DNA of 20,000 nt. Source: an uncultured virus (IMG/VR IMGVR_UViG_3300031787_008284). Its lineage: Duplodnaviria; Heunggongvirae; Uroviricota; Caudoviricetes. The stretch lies in IMG/VR virus record IMGVR_UViG_3300031787_008284; one strand, 5' to 3'. The first letter of the stretch is position 1; every line of letters begins with the position of its first letter. Of the stretch, positions 9,194-16,586 are shown piece by piece. The notes under the pieces were generated by a model. It did no database searches. It saw nothing but the letters and a program-made list of their open reading frames with translations, and was not told where the DNA came from. Made by a program: the position numbers and the translations under genes.

Positions 9194-10083
9194 AATAAAA
9201 ATTTATCCTTAAAGATAGTCTTCCAATATTGATTAACAACATTATCCCAATTAAGTTCCTTAGTTATTTCATCATATACTTCTTCTGTATATTTTTTAAG
9301 TTTATCTGGATTAAGATTAAAATCTTTTATGATACTTACCGCTTCTTCAACGGTTTCAAATGTTTTAATACTCTTAAATTTATTTGCAAATCCTGTTTTA
9401 GTTGATAATACAGGAATTTTACAAAATGCGGCTTCAGCTATTCCATAAGGTCCTCTATCATTAGTACTTGTACAAATATACATATCAATATCATTATACA
9501 TAGTCCGAGATTCGCCTAAGTCTTTACCATGAATAAATACCGCATCACCACCAATACCTTTTGCAATGTTAACTAACATATGAGGTCTTTTTATCTGATC
9601 CCAACCAGGATTTATGAAAGGGGCTCCATTAAGACCTACTTTATTAATCTTTGTTACTTTGCGATTAGGAATAAATTCTTTGGAATCAACGCCAGCTATT
9701 ATAAGAGAGGAGTCCAGATTATACTGTTCTTTAAGTACTTTTTGCAAGTCTTCGCCAGCAGAACACCAGGTAATACCTTCTCTAGGTATAATATTTTCTC
9801 TAAAATGAGAACTAAGATTTGGGATAGACCATATTGCACATACCATTTTTTGATATGCTTCTTTAGGAAGTCCTTCTATAGCAGATAGTGTGCCATTACC
9901 TAATATAATATCAAATTCTTTCCACCCACCATCTCTCCAAAGATAATTAACATGGTCTGAATTAGACCAGTTAAAATGAACAAATTCATACTCGTCAGAT
10001 AAAGCATTACCTAGACCAGTATGAATTCGTCCTATAGCCCAACCGGGCTCATTATATGTTGCTATTCTGGTTTTTTTTTCCCT
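9178..10083 (-). CDS. GT-B (GT4-like) glycosyltransferase domain lacking its own start codon; likely reached by frameshift from the upstream GT
   Basis: The frame stays open upstream of ATG 9846 to 10083 (REKKTRIATYNEPGWAIGRIHTGLGNALSDEYEFVHFNWSN...), a GT-B first strand/helix. C-terminal motif YICTSTNDRGPYGIAEAAFCKIPVLST. Confidence 0.75.
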   Translation of the reverse strand, partial: REKKTRIATYNEPGWAIGRIHTGLGNALSDEYEFVHFNWSNSDHVNYLWRDGGWKEFDIILGNGTLSAIEGLPKEAYQKMVCAIWSIPNLSSHFRENIIPREGITWCSAGEDLQKVLKEQYNLDSSLIIAGVDSKEFIPNRKVTKINKVGLNGAPFINPGWDQIKRPHMLVNIAKGIGGDAVFIHGKDLGESRTMYNDIDMYICTSTNDRGPYGIAEAAFCKIPVLSTKTGFANKFKSIKTFETVEEAVSIIKDFNLNPDKLKKYTEEVYDEITKELNWDNVVNQYWKTIFKDKFLLNNSK

Positions 10084-11243
10084 CTATTAGTAGAATACAT
10101 TTTTTCAACCCATTTTTTAGTATATAATTCTGGATCTTCTATTGTGTACCAACCTTTATCTAGTGTTACATATAAGGCTTCTCTAAAATATTTTTCATAT
10201 TTTGGAGCAATTGCCTCAAGAGAGAAGTTTTCGCCATGCTTACGGCAATCGATAGATTTAATTTTACCAGCTTGGCAATCGCGAGCGGCTTTAACAAAAT
10301 CTTCAAAAGAACGGCAGCGATATCCAGTTACACCATGAATATTATTTTCAGCAAATGCACCCCAATCAGTCGTAATTGTTGGAGTACCACATAATAGGTT
10401 TTCAATTTGAACTCCACCAAAAGGTTCAACATACATTGAAGGTAAGAATGATGCAATTGCGCCTTTCATTAAATTCTTTCTCTGTTCTGCATCAACATAT
10501 CCAATGAATTCAACGTGTTTAGGCCACGGATTCTTTGTATAAAATTCATCACCAATTTGTCCGGCTATTTTAAGCTTTGCTCCAATTGCCTCGGTTGCCT
10601 GGATTGCAATATTAACACCTTTACCATCATATACACGGCCTACATAAAGGAAGTAGTCTTCTTTCTTTGTTGAATATTCAAATTCGTCAAGATCAAAATA
10701 ATTAGGAATAACCTGGTCATACCAGCTCTGACGACACATACTTACATTACCTAAACCGCAGTACGCATGGTAAATTGCATATGATTCAAAGATCTTAAAT
10801 ACTGACCACATACCACCTGCATATCCAATGCCTGGTTCAATAATACATAAATCAGGGTGGGCATCACAGATAGGACGAACACCAGATCCCCAGAAAGGCA
10901 AAATAATATCACCGGGTTGTTTTCTCTTTTCTATTTCTTGAATAGCATTTTTATAAAATGTTTGATATGCTTCATCCTGTGTATCATACTTAAATAAATG
11001 AGTCTTATAATCATGACTTCCATAAACCTTTTCCCAAACATCATTTGTAATTACTGTGATGTTTTCATTTGCATCCGGGTTAGAATCTTCATGACCATAA
11101 TGCATTAAGTAATGTCCTCGTGATTTCATCATTTTACAAAACTTCCATGCCTTTTGTGTATAGGCACAAGCAGTAAAATCTTTAGTTGTTTTAGTATGAG
11201 GTAAACCTAAAACGTGTATTCTGAACTTTTTGTCTTTTTCCAT
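10062..11243 (-). CDS. GT4-family glycosyltransferase
   Basis: VIPNYFD, YVGRV..GKG, EPFGGVQIE (EX7E), GTPTITTDWGAFAE, HGVTG. Confidence 0.9.
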   Translation of the reverse strand: MEKDKKFRIHVLGLPHTKTTKDFTACAYTQKAWKFCKMMKSRGHYLMHYGHEDSNPDANENITVITNDVWEKVYGSHDYKTHLFKYDTQDEAYQTFYKNAIQEIEKRKQPGDIILPFWGSGVRPICDAHPDLCIIEPGIGYAGGMWSVFKIFESYAIYHAYCGLGNVSMCRQSWYDQVIPNYFDLDEFEYSTKKEDYFLYVGRVYDGKGVNIAIQATEAIGAKLKIAGQIGDEFYTKNPWPKHVEFIGYVDAEQRKNLMKGAIASFLPSMYVEPFGGVQIENLLCGTPTITTDWGAFAENNIHGVTGYRCRSFEDFVKAARDCQAGKIKSIDCRKHGENFSLEAIAPKYEKYFREALYVTLDKGWYTIEDPELYTKKWVEKMYSTNRGKKKPE

Positions 11244-11256
11244 ATTTTATTTATTT

Positions 11257-12375
11257 TTAGAATAAACTCGTTGTATAAATAAGATTTCTATTAAATCCCT
11301 TAAATCCCATTGCAGTTACTACTCTATTTATTGGATCTAAAATTGTCTTTTCAAATTGTACATCATAATCTACTTGAGGTGAAAATTCATAAGGATATTC
11401 GCCCGGAGTATATGCAAATACATCACATGATTTATCAGTAGAAAAGTACATTTTTAATTTTTCACCGTTTCCTAAAGGCTTATACTTTCCTTTAAGTTTA
11501 TTGTTATTATTCAAAAGGTAATTATGATAACCTGCAGCCCTTACACCTATTGGGCATTTAGAACCAATTTCAAATTGATCATAATCATTAATAATGTAGT
11601 TTTGATAGTTATTAACCTTTTTAGAGAAACTAATTTGATCAATATTTGCAAGTTTAAACTGCCTCTTAATATCTTTTAATAAAGCGGCAAACTCTTTCAT
11701 ATTTAGTTGGTTATTTGAAAAGATATAGGTTAACAGTTCCTTTAGTTTCTCTCTTGCAAACTGTGGGGTTGATGATTGAATAATCTCAAACCCCTTGGCA
11801 CTAATTTTACTTAGTTCATCATAATGAATATCAGGATCTTTCCATACAATGTTTTGCATATACTTTTTCTTGGCAAGCCATATTGCATTTTTAGCAATAC
11901 TCTCCAATTCAAAGCTTAAGAAGTTTTCAGCATTATTATCATCAGCATATTTCTGAAGAATCTTTTCAATATAATCTGCTAACCTAGTTTTATAGAGGTT
12001 AAGAATAAACTCCTTTTCGTTGCCAGACCAATCAGATTTTTCAATAACTTCATCAAACTTAACATAGATTGAATCCGTATCAATATAAATACCTACTGGT
12101 TTTTCAATTTTACCAGTGACAGTAATACCCATTTGTTTATGGGTTTCTAAATCTTTATGCCAAAATTCACGGAAGTATTTATTAATTAGTTTTTCAGTGT
12201 AGAGAATTGCATCCTTTCCCTGAAGAGTAATAGTTTCCGCAATATCAACATTAAAGAAATAGAAGTAAGGATTACCAAATGCACCATAAATAGAGTTAAG
12301 CATTAGCTTAACAGCCTGTTCATAGTTATAATATTTGGAAGCCTCTTCTTTAATCTGTTGTATCTCTTCAGTCAT
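11257..12375 (-). CDS. Family B DNA polymerase, C-terminal subunit of a split gp43
   Basis: Begins at the fingers helix with motif B KLMLNSIYGAFGN, then motif C YIDTDSIY, KKKY, KGFE and thumb. No exonuclease domain or motif A. Ends in SLF. Confidence 0.92.
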   Translation of the reverse strand: MTEEIQQIKEEASKYYNYEQAVKLMLNSIYGAFGNPYFYFFNVDIAETITLQGKDAILYTEKLINKYFREFWHKDLETHKQMGITVTGKIEKPVGIYIDTDSIYVKFDEVIEKSDWSGNEKEFILNLYKTRLADYIEKILQKYADDNNAENFLSFELESIAKNAIWLAKKKYMQNIVWKDPDIHYDELSKISAKGFEIIQSSTPQFAREKLKELLTYIFSNNQLNMKEFAALLKDIKRQFKLANIDQISFSKKVNNYQNYIINDYDQFEIGSKCPIGVRAAGYHNYLLNNNNKLKGKYKPLGNGEKLKMYFSTDKSCDVFAYTPGEYPYEFSPQVDYDVQFEKTILDPINRVVTAMGFKGFNRNLIYTTSLF

Positions 12376-12383
12376 ATTTTATT

Positions 12384-12410
12384 TTTATATGAAACCTTTG
12401 TAAAAGGTTT
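12384..12410 (-). promoter_or_regulatory. Putative promoter AAAC-N17-TATAAA overlapped by an 8-bp inverted repeat
   Basis: AAAC at 12410-12407, TATAAA at 12389-12384. Palindrome AAACCTTT-gta-AAAGGTTT at 12392-12410. Confidence 0.55.
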
Positions 12411-12420
12411 AACTTTAATA

Positions 12421-12488
12421 TTCCGTTATTACTCGTAACGGAAAGGAATTTTCATTCCTCTCCGCTTGAGAATCTAAGTTAATAGATT
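12421..12488 (-). other. Structured intergenic element (hairpin cluster) between clamp and polymerase genes
   Basis: Minus RNA: AAUCUA-UUAACU-UAGAUU; GCGGAGAGGAAU-GAAA-AUUCCUUUCCGU; and an overlapping alternative UUCCGUUA-CGAGUAA-UAACGGAA. Confidence 0.6.
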
Positions 12489-12494
12489 ATGAGA

Positions 12495-13244
12495 TTATTC
12501 TTCATCAGTAATAGCAACGGCTACAGTAAGATGCGTATTAGTATCTAATGAACGAAATACTACTTTATTCTCGCATACCATTACCTTGTAATTTTCCTTA
12601 TCTAGAAGGTTCAAATACTTTTTGTAAATAACCACCTTTGCACCGCTATCAACATTACTTTCAAATGTATGACAAAGTGTAGCATCGTATGAAGAACCTT
12701 TGATACAGATTCCTTTATTACTTGTGTAAATAGTAAAAGTATCTTCATCCTTATCAAGGTTAAACAATGATTTCATTTTATCTACATGAGTAGTAAGAAG
12801 ATCAAATTCAAACATTTTGTTATCGGTACCAAAGGCACGATCAGTTTCTTCTTTACTCATTTCCATAAAAGAAAGTGAAGGATCGGTACAAGCAAGACTG
12901 ATTTGAAGATCATCATTTTCTAAGATAAAATCACTTGCCATTAATTCTCCATCGTATTCAGTATATCTGATACGTCCTTTAACATCTCCGTTAAAATGAG
13001 TAAGAGCATCAATTACTTTACTCCCATTATAAAAGCTTACCTTGAGCGGGGAACTAATCTCTGCATCAAAGATATCCTTTGTTGGCGTGTTAACTAATTT
13101 AACCGCATCTCTCTCAGGAAAATATACTGATGAAACGGTTCCTTCCTTACCAATCTTCATAAAGATGAATTTATCAATTGGAAGAAGCTTCTTAACAAAC
13201 GAACTTAATTCGTATGCATCGATTTTGTTAATTGTGGTTTCCAT
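12495..13244 (-). CDS. Probable sliding clamp (gp45/PCNA-like)
   Basis: 249 aa acidic protein with an apparent two-repeat beta-alpha-beta pattern, directly upstream of the polymerase gene. No diagnostic motif, so the call rests on size, pattern and context. Confidence 0.55.
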   Translation of the reverse strand: METTINKIDAYELSSFVKKLLPIDKFIFMKIGKEGTVSSVYFPERDAVKLVNTPTKDIFDAEISSPLKVSFYNGSKVIDALTHFNGDVKGRIRYTEYDGELMASDFILENDDLQISLACTDPSLSFMEMSKEETDRAFGTDNKMFEFDLLTTHVDKMKSLFNLDKDEDTFTIYTSNKGICIKGSSYDATLCHTFESNVDSGAKVVIYKKYLNLLDKENYKVMVCENKVVFRSLDTNTHLTVAVAITDEE

Positions 13245-13257
13245 TATTTGTTTTTTA

Positions 13258-13285
13258 ATTATATTGATTATTGATTACTTGGTTT
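13258..13285 (-). promoter_or_regulatory. Putative promoter AAAC-N18-TATAAT upstream of clamp gene
   Basis: AAAC at 13285-13282, 18-nt spacer, TATAAT at 13263-13258. Confidence 0.55.
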
Positions 13286-13290
13286 TAAGA

Positions 13291-14301
13291 TTAAAAGACA
13301 GATGACACTTTAACTGCAGATTTTTTCATTTTACTTTGAACTGCTTTAAATGCAGGAGGTCTCCATGATTCATCATATAAGATATCCTTCAATTCATATT
13401 TAGGTTGATATTCAAATCCAAACTTCCACTCAATTCCTCGTAAGAACTGACGTAAGAAAATAGGCTTCTTTGTTCCAATAGGATAATGCAAAAGTGACGG
13501 TGTAACTTGCTTTAGATAAAGAGGCTGTATATTATTAGCAAGAGCTTCCTTATCAACATTTTGCATAAGACGAAGATCTTTACTCTTTAACATATTTACA
13601 GTTCTGCCTTCCTTTCTAAGTCTATGAAAGTTAAAATGATGGAACCTCTGTTCTACAGTCCAACTCGTATATCCTACAAAATCAAAGAATAGGTGATGTA
13701 CCATCTTGTGATTCATAAATCTTTGAAAGTAATATTCCATTTTAGGATCATGGCCATAAATAACATTTCCTGCATTAATTGATAATGCATTCATTTCTTC
13801 TAATGTAAAATTACTTTCAAAGATTTCATTAAATGCAGAAAGTACTTCATACTTATCAGCATTTCTTAGATTAAAAAGATTTTCTTTTTTATAACCGAAC
13901 TCTTGGTATTCGGTAAACATATAACTTAAATCATTAAAGATAAATACATCATCATCTGAAACATAGGTTCTTTTAACTTTATACTTATCTAAAAGATACA
14001 TTGGCATTAAAGCCTTAAATAGACAGCCATGAGTATAAAGGAATTCTTTAGCCTTACCTTCATACTCATGCTTCTCTACATAATAATCATATACGCCCTT
14101 AATACTGATATAGGTTGCATTCTTGAATGATTCAATATTATGATTACCTATAACTTCTCTTACACTTTCCTCGGTGACTTTAGTATCATCTAAGAAAAGG
14201 TAAATATCAAAATTTTCTTGAACATCCTTAGGATAGTATGTTAAAAGAATGTTCATAAACTCATGGCTAGAAACGCCAATCGCTAATGCATTTTCTCTCA
14301 T
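13291..14301 (-). CDS. GT-A fold glycosyltransferase (GT8-like)
   Basis: DxD motif YVSDDDVFIF, INAGNVIY (compare NSGV), EQ (compare DQ) and LLHY. ATGA-coupled to the methyltransferase-like gene. Confidence 0.65.
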   Translation of the reverse strand: MRENALAIGVSSHEFMNILLTYYPKDVQENFDIYLFLDDTKVTEESVREVIGNHNIESFKNATYISIKGVYDYYVEKHEYEGKAKEFLYTHGCLFKALMPMYLLDKYKVKRTYVSDDDVFIFNDLSYMFTEYQEFGYKKENLFNLRNADKYEVLSAFNEIFESNFTLEEMNALSINAGNVIYGHDPKMEYYFQRFMNHKMVHHLFFDFVGYTSWTVEQRFHHFNFHRLRKEGRTVNMLKSKDLRLMQNVDKEALANNIQPLYLKQVTPSLLHYPIGTKKPIFLRQFLRGIEWKFGFEYQPKYELKDILYDESWRPPAFKAVQSKMKKSAVKVSSVF

Positions 14302-15560
14302 ATTACACTGTTTACTTTATATCTTTTTTTAGGTTCTTGATTAAGTTCTTCAACTTCAATTATTTTATTTAAGGTATTGTCCTGCTTCATGAATTTATAC
14401 TGTGTCATTTTAGCAGTACCTTGACAGAATTTTTTAACCTCATCAGCCATATCCTGCGCAGTTCTTACTGGCACATTTTGTGCAATATGATTTATGTGGC
14501 GAGAATCTTGAATTTCAAAATCATGAGGCATACCCATAAGATGTAACATTTCTCTTACATTAAGATAACGATTTTCTACAGGGTGTACGCCGTTAAACAT
14601 ATTTCTTCCGATAAGAGCAGAAAAAGAATCATGGAAAAAGTGTGGAGATGCATCCCAATATCCTTTTCCATCATCAACTTTAGCCTGTTGGTGTTGGAGC
14701 ATATCAATAAACGTTTTAGTACTTTTCTTATTAGAAAATCCTTCCTTTGGATATTTTTCTTGTAACCAAGAGATACATTCATCAATTAGTTTATGTTCAT
14801 CGAGATATTGTGCAATGGTACCTTTCTTAAATTCCGCAGCAAATTCTGCATGAGTTAAACCTTTCTTTTCAAGAATAAATTCATAAGGTCTAAAGTGGTC
14901 AGTTACTTTTCCATCCACCATAAACATATCTTGTAGAGTTGCATCTTCAGGAATTTCATTTAGATATTCTAATAAAGTTTTTCTTTCCCTAAATTTCCAA
15001 TCCAACATAGGTACAGTTGGAGTGTTCCAAAAGAAATAGAATGTACGGATTCTTCTTTGAGGAATACCATGCAATTCAGTATTAGTTTTAATAAGAGAAA
15101 AACTATAACCATGTTTTTCAGCAATTTCCTTAAGCCTACGAACTACACCTTCACCCATTTTAGTAAAAAGACCTGGCGCATTTTCACCCCAAAGAACTTT
15201 AGGTTTTACGTGTTCTAAAATATATTCAGATGATTCATACATCCATTTATTTTGAACCGCGTCAGATCCACGAGAAGCGGCACTACCTCTAGCAGAATTA
15301 AGTAGACTAAGACCTGCGCATGGACATACAGAGTTTACATAATCAACATTTTCAAATGTATTATTAGGAATCTCAAGTTCAGGGTGATCTAAACGATACA
15401 TAGGAATACCTTCCCAATATCTTTCTATATGACTTTCATTTGCAGCAAATGCTTCATAACTTAAATGAAATGCAGGTTTAGATTCAGCTGACCTAGAACA
15501 ACCTATTGCACTTCCACCGATAAGGGGAATAATTGTACCCCATTTAATTTCTTTACTCAT
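14298..15560 (-). CDS. C5-cytosine DNA methyltransferase-like protein with atypical cofactor motifs
   Basis: Motif IV CPCAGLS, motif VI WGENAPGL, motif VIII HGIPQRRIRTF, motif IX RYLNVREMLHLMGMP. Motif I reads IPLIGG and motif X reads IAQNVPV. Confidence 0.85.
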   Translation of the reverse strand: MSKEIKWGTIIPLIGGSAIGCSRSAESKPAFHLSYEAFAANESHIERYWEGIPMYRLDHPELEIPNNTFENVDYVNSVCPCAGLSLLNSARGSAASRGSDAVQNKWMYESSEYILEHVKPKVLWGENAPGLFTKMGEGVVRRLKEIAEKHGYSFSLIKTNTELHGIPQRRIRTFYFFWNTPTVPMLDWKFRERKTLLEYLNEIPEDATLQDMFMVDGKVTDHFRPYEFILEKKGLTHAEFAAEFKKGTIAQYLDEHKLIDECISWLQEKYPKEGFSNKKSTKTFIDMLQHQQAKVDDGKGYWDASPHFFHDSFSALIGRNMFNGVHPVENRYLNVREMLHLMGMPHDFEIQDSRHINHIAQNVPVRTAQDMADEVKKFCQGTAKMTQYKFMKQDNTLNKIIEVEELNQEPKKRYKVNSVI

Positions 15561-16579
15561 ATTTTAACTTTTTCAATTTGAAGATCCTCCATAAATGTAT
15601 AGGGATCTATGTTACCTTTCTTTACCTCTTCTTCTAGATATGTAATGGTTTCTTTAATTGTATCTTCCATACTCTTTTTAGGTTCCCATCCCATAGATTT
15701 TGCTTTAGATATATCAGCACGAATATTAAGAGCCTCACCGGCAATAGCACCATATTGGTCATAATTAACAGTTTCAATTCCCATAACCTTACCGATGATA
15801 TCTTTAAGATCCGCTAAGGTTGTCATTTTACCAGTACCTAGATTAAATGTTTGATTAGCAGTTTCTTCATTTTCCATGCATAACATATGAAAGGCATTTA
15901 CGTCATCTACGTCGATGTAGTCTCTTGCCTTCATAGGATCGCCAAAGATAATAGGATTCTTACCACCCATTAGACGAATAATAAAACCTGCAAAAACCGG
16001 AGGTACCGTTCTATTATAATCCTGAAGAGGGCCTGCTACATTAAAGTAACGAAGAGCAGTATAATTAACACCCTTTGTACGTGAATATGATTCTGCTAAT
16101 AGTGCAAGACATGCTTTAGTTGTAGAATAAATTGTAGTAGGATCAGATTGACCTTCGTGAAACCCAGTAGGGGCCATTAATTCATTTTCATAAACCGCTG
16201 AAGTTTCACTAAAGATGATTCTTTTAACTCCGCTCTCCGCTGCTGCATCTAGGATATTAATACTACCTAGAATGTTATTATCAACAGCTTCATAAGGATT
16301 AGCATGGCAATCATAAATTGAAACAAGACCTGCAAAGTGATAAATGTATTCAGGCTTAAATTCAGAAATGATACTCTTTACATACTCATTACGGATGTCT
16401 TCCTGATAAAAGTTTTTAATCCTGTCATGAACTTGTGGTAAATAAGTACCATGTGAAAGATTATCTACAACCGCAATGCAGTCTGGATTATGACCTCGTT
16501 TTAAGAGATCGTTAATAAAATTTGTTCCAACAAAACCGGCTCCACCAGTAATAAGGATTCTCGTTTCTTTGTTATACAT
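15557..16579 (-). CDS. Extended SDR NDP-sugar epimerase/dehydratase (GalE-like)
   Basis: GGAGFVG, DNLSHG, HFAG, catalytic YSTTK, LRYFNVAG, RDYIDVDD, FNLGTG. Confidence 0.92.
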   Translation of the reverse strand: MYNKETRILITGGAGFVGTNFINDLLKRGHNPDCIAVVDNLSHGTYLPQVHDRIKNFYQEDIRNEYVKSIISEFKPEYIYHFAGLVSIYDCHANPYEAVDNNILGSINILDAAAESGVKRIIFSETSAVYENELMAPTGFHEGQSDPTTIYSTTKACLALLAESYSRTKGVNYTALRYFNVAGPLQDYNRTVPPVFAGFIIRLMGGKNPIIFGDPMKARDYIDVDDVNAFHMLCMENEETANQTFNLGTGKMTTLADLKDIIGKVMGIETVNYDQYGAIAGEALNIRADISKAKSMGWEPKKSMEDTIKETITYLEEEVKKGNIDPYTFMEDLQIEKVKI

Positions 16580-16586
16580 TTTATAA

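Noticed and set aside
9178..9846. 222-aa stand-alone glycosyltransferase starting at ATG 9846
   Set aside because: It would lack the first part of the GT-B N-terminal domain, which is encoded in frame upstream.
10062..10064. TAG recoding (alternative genetic code) as the explanation for the split glycosyltransferase
   Set aside because: Readthrough stays in the wrong frame and does not reach the second GT domain. The other genes are intact under the standard code.
12376..12494. Intron, ribozyme or tRNA in the structured gap before the polymerase fragment
   Set aside because: Only 119 nt, with no group I/II, hammerhead or cloverleaf consensus recognisable, and the upstream gene is not the polymerase N-terminal half.
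1029..14765. Plus-strand ORFs (1029, 4108, 5767, 8349, 9580, 9614, 10021, 13042, 14583)
   Set aside because: All are antisense shadows of well-supported minus-strand genes and have no recognisable motifs.
2270..14785. Short nested minus-strand ORFs 2270..2452 and 14576..14785
   Set aside because: Out-of-frame ORFs inside larger genes, with no independent support.
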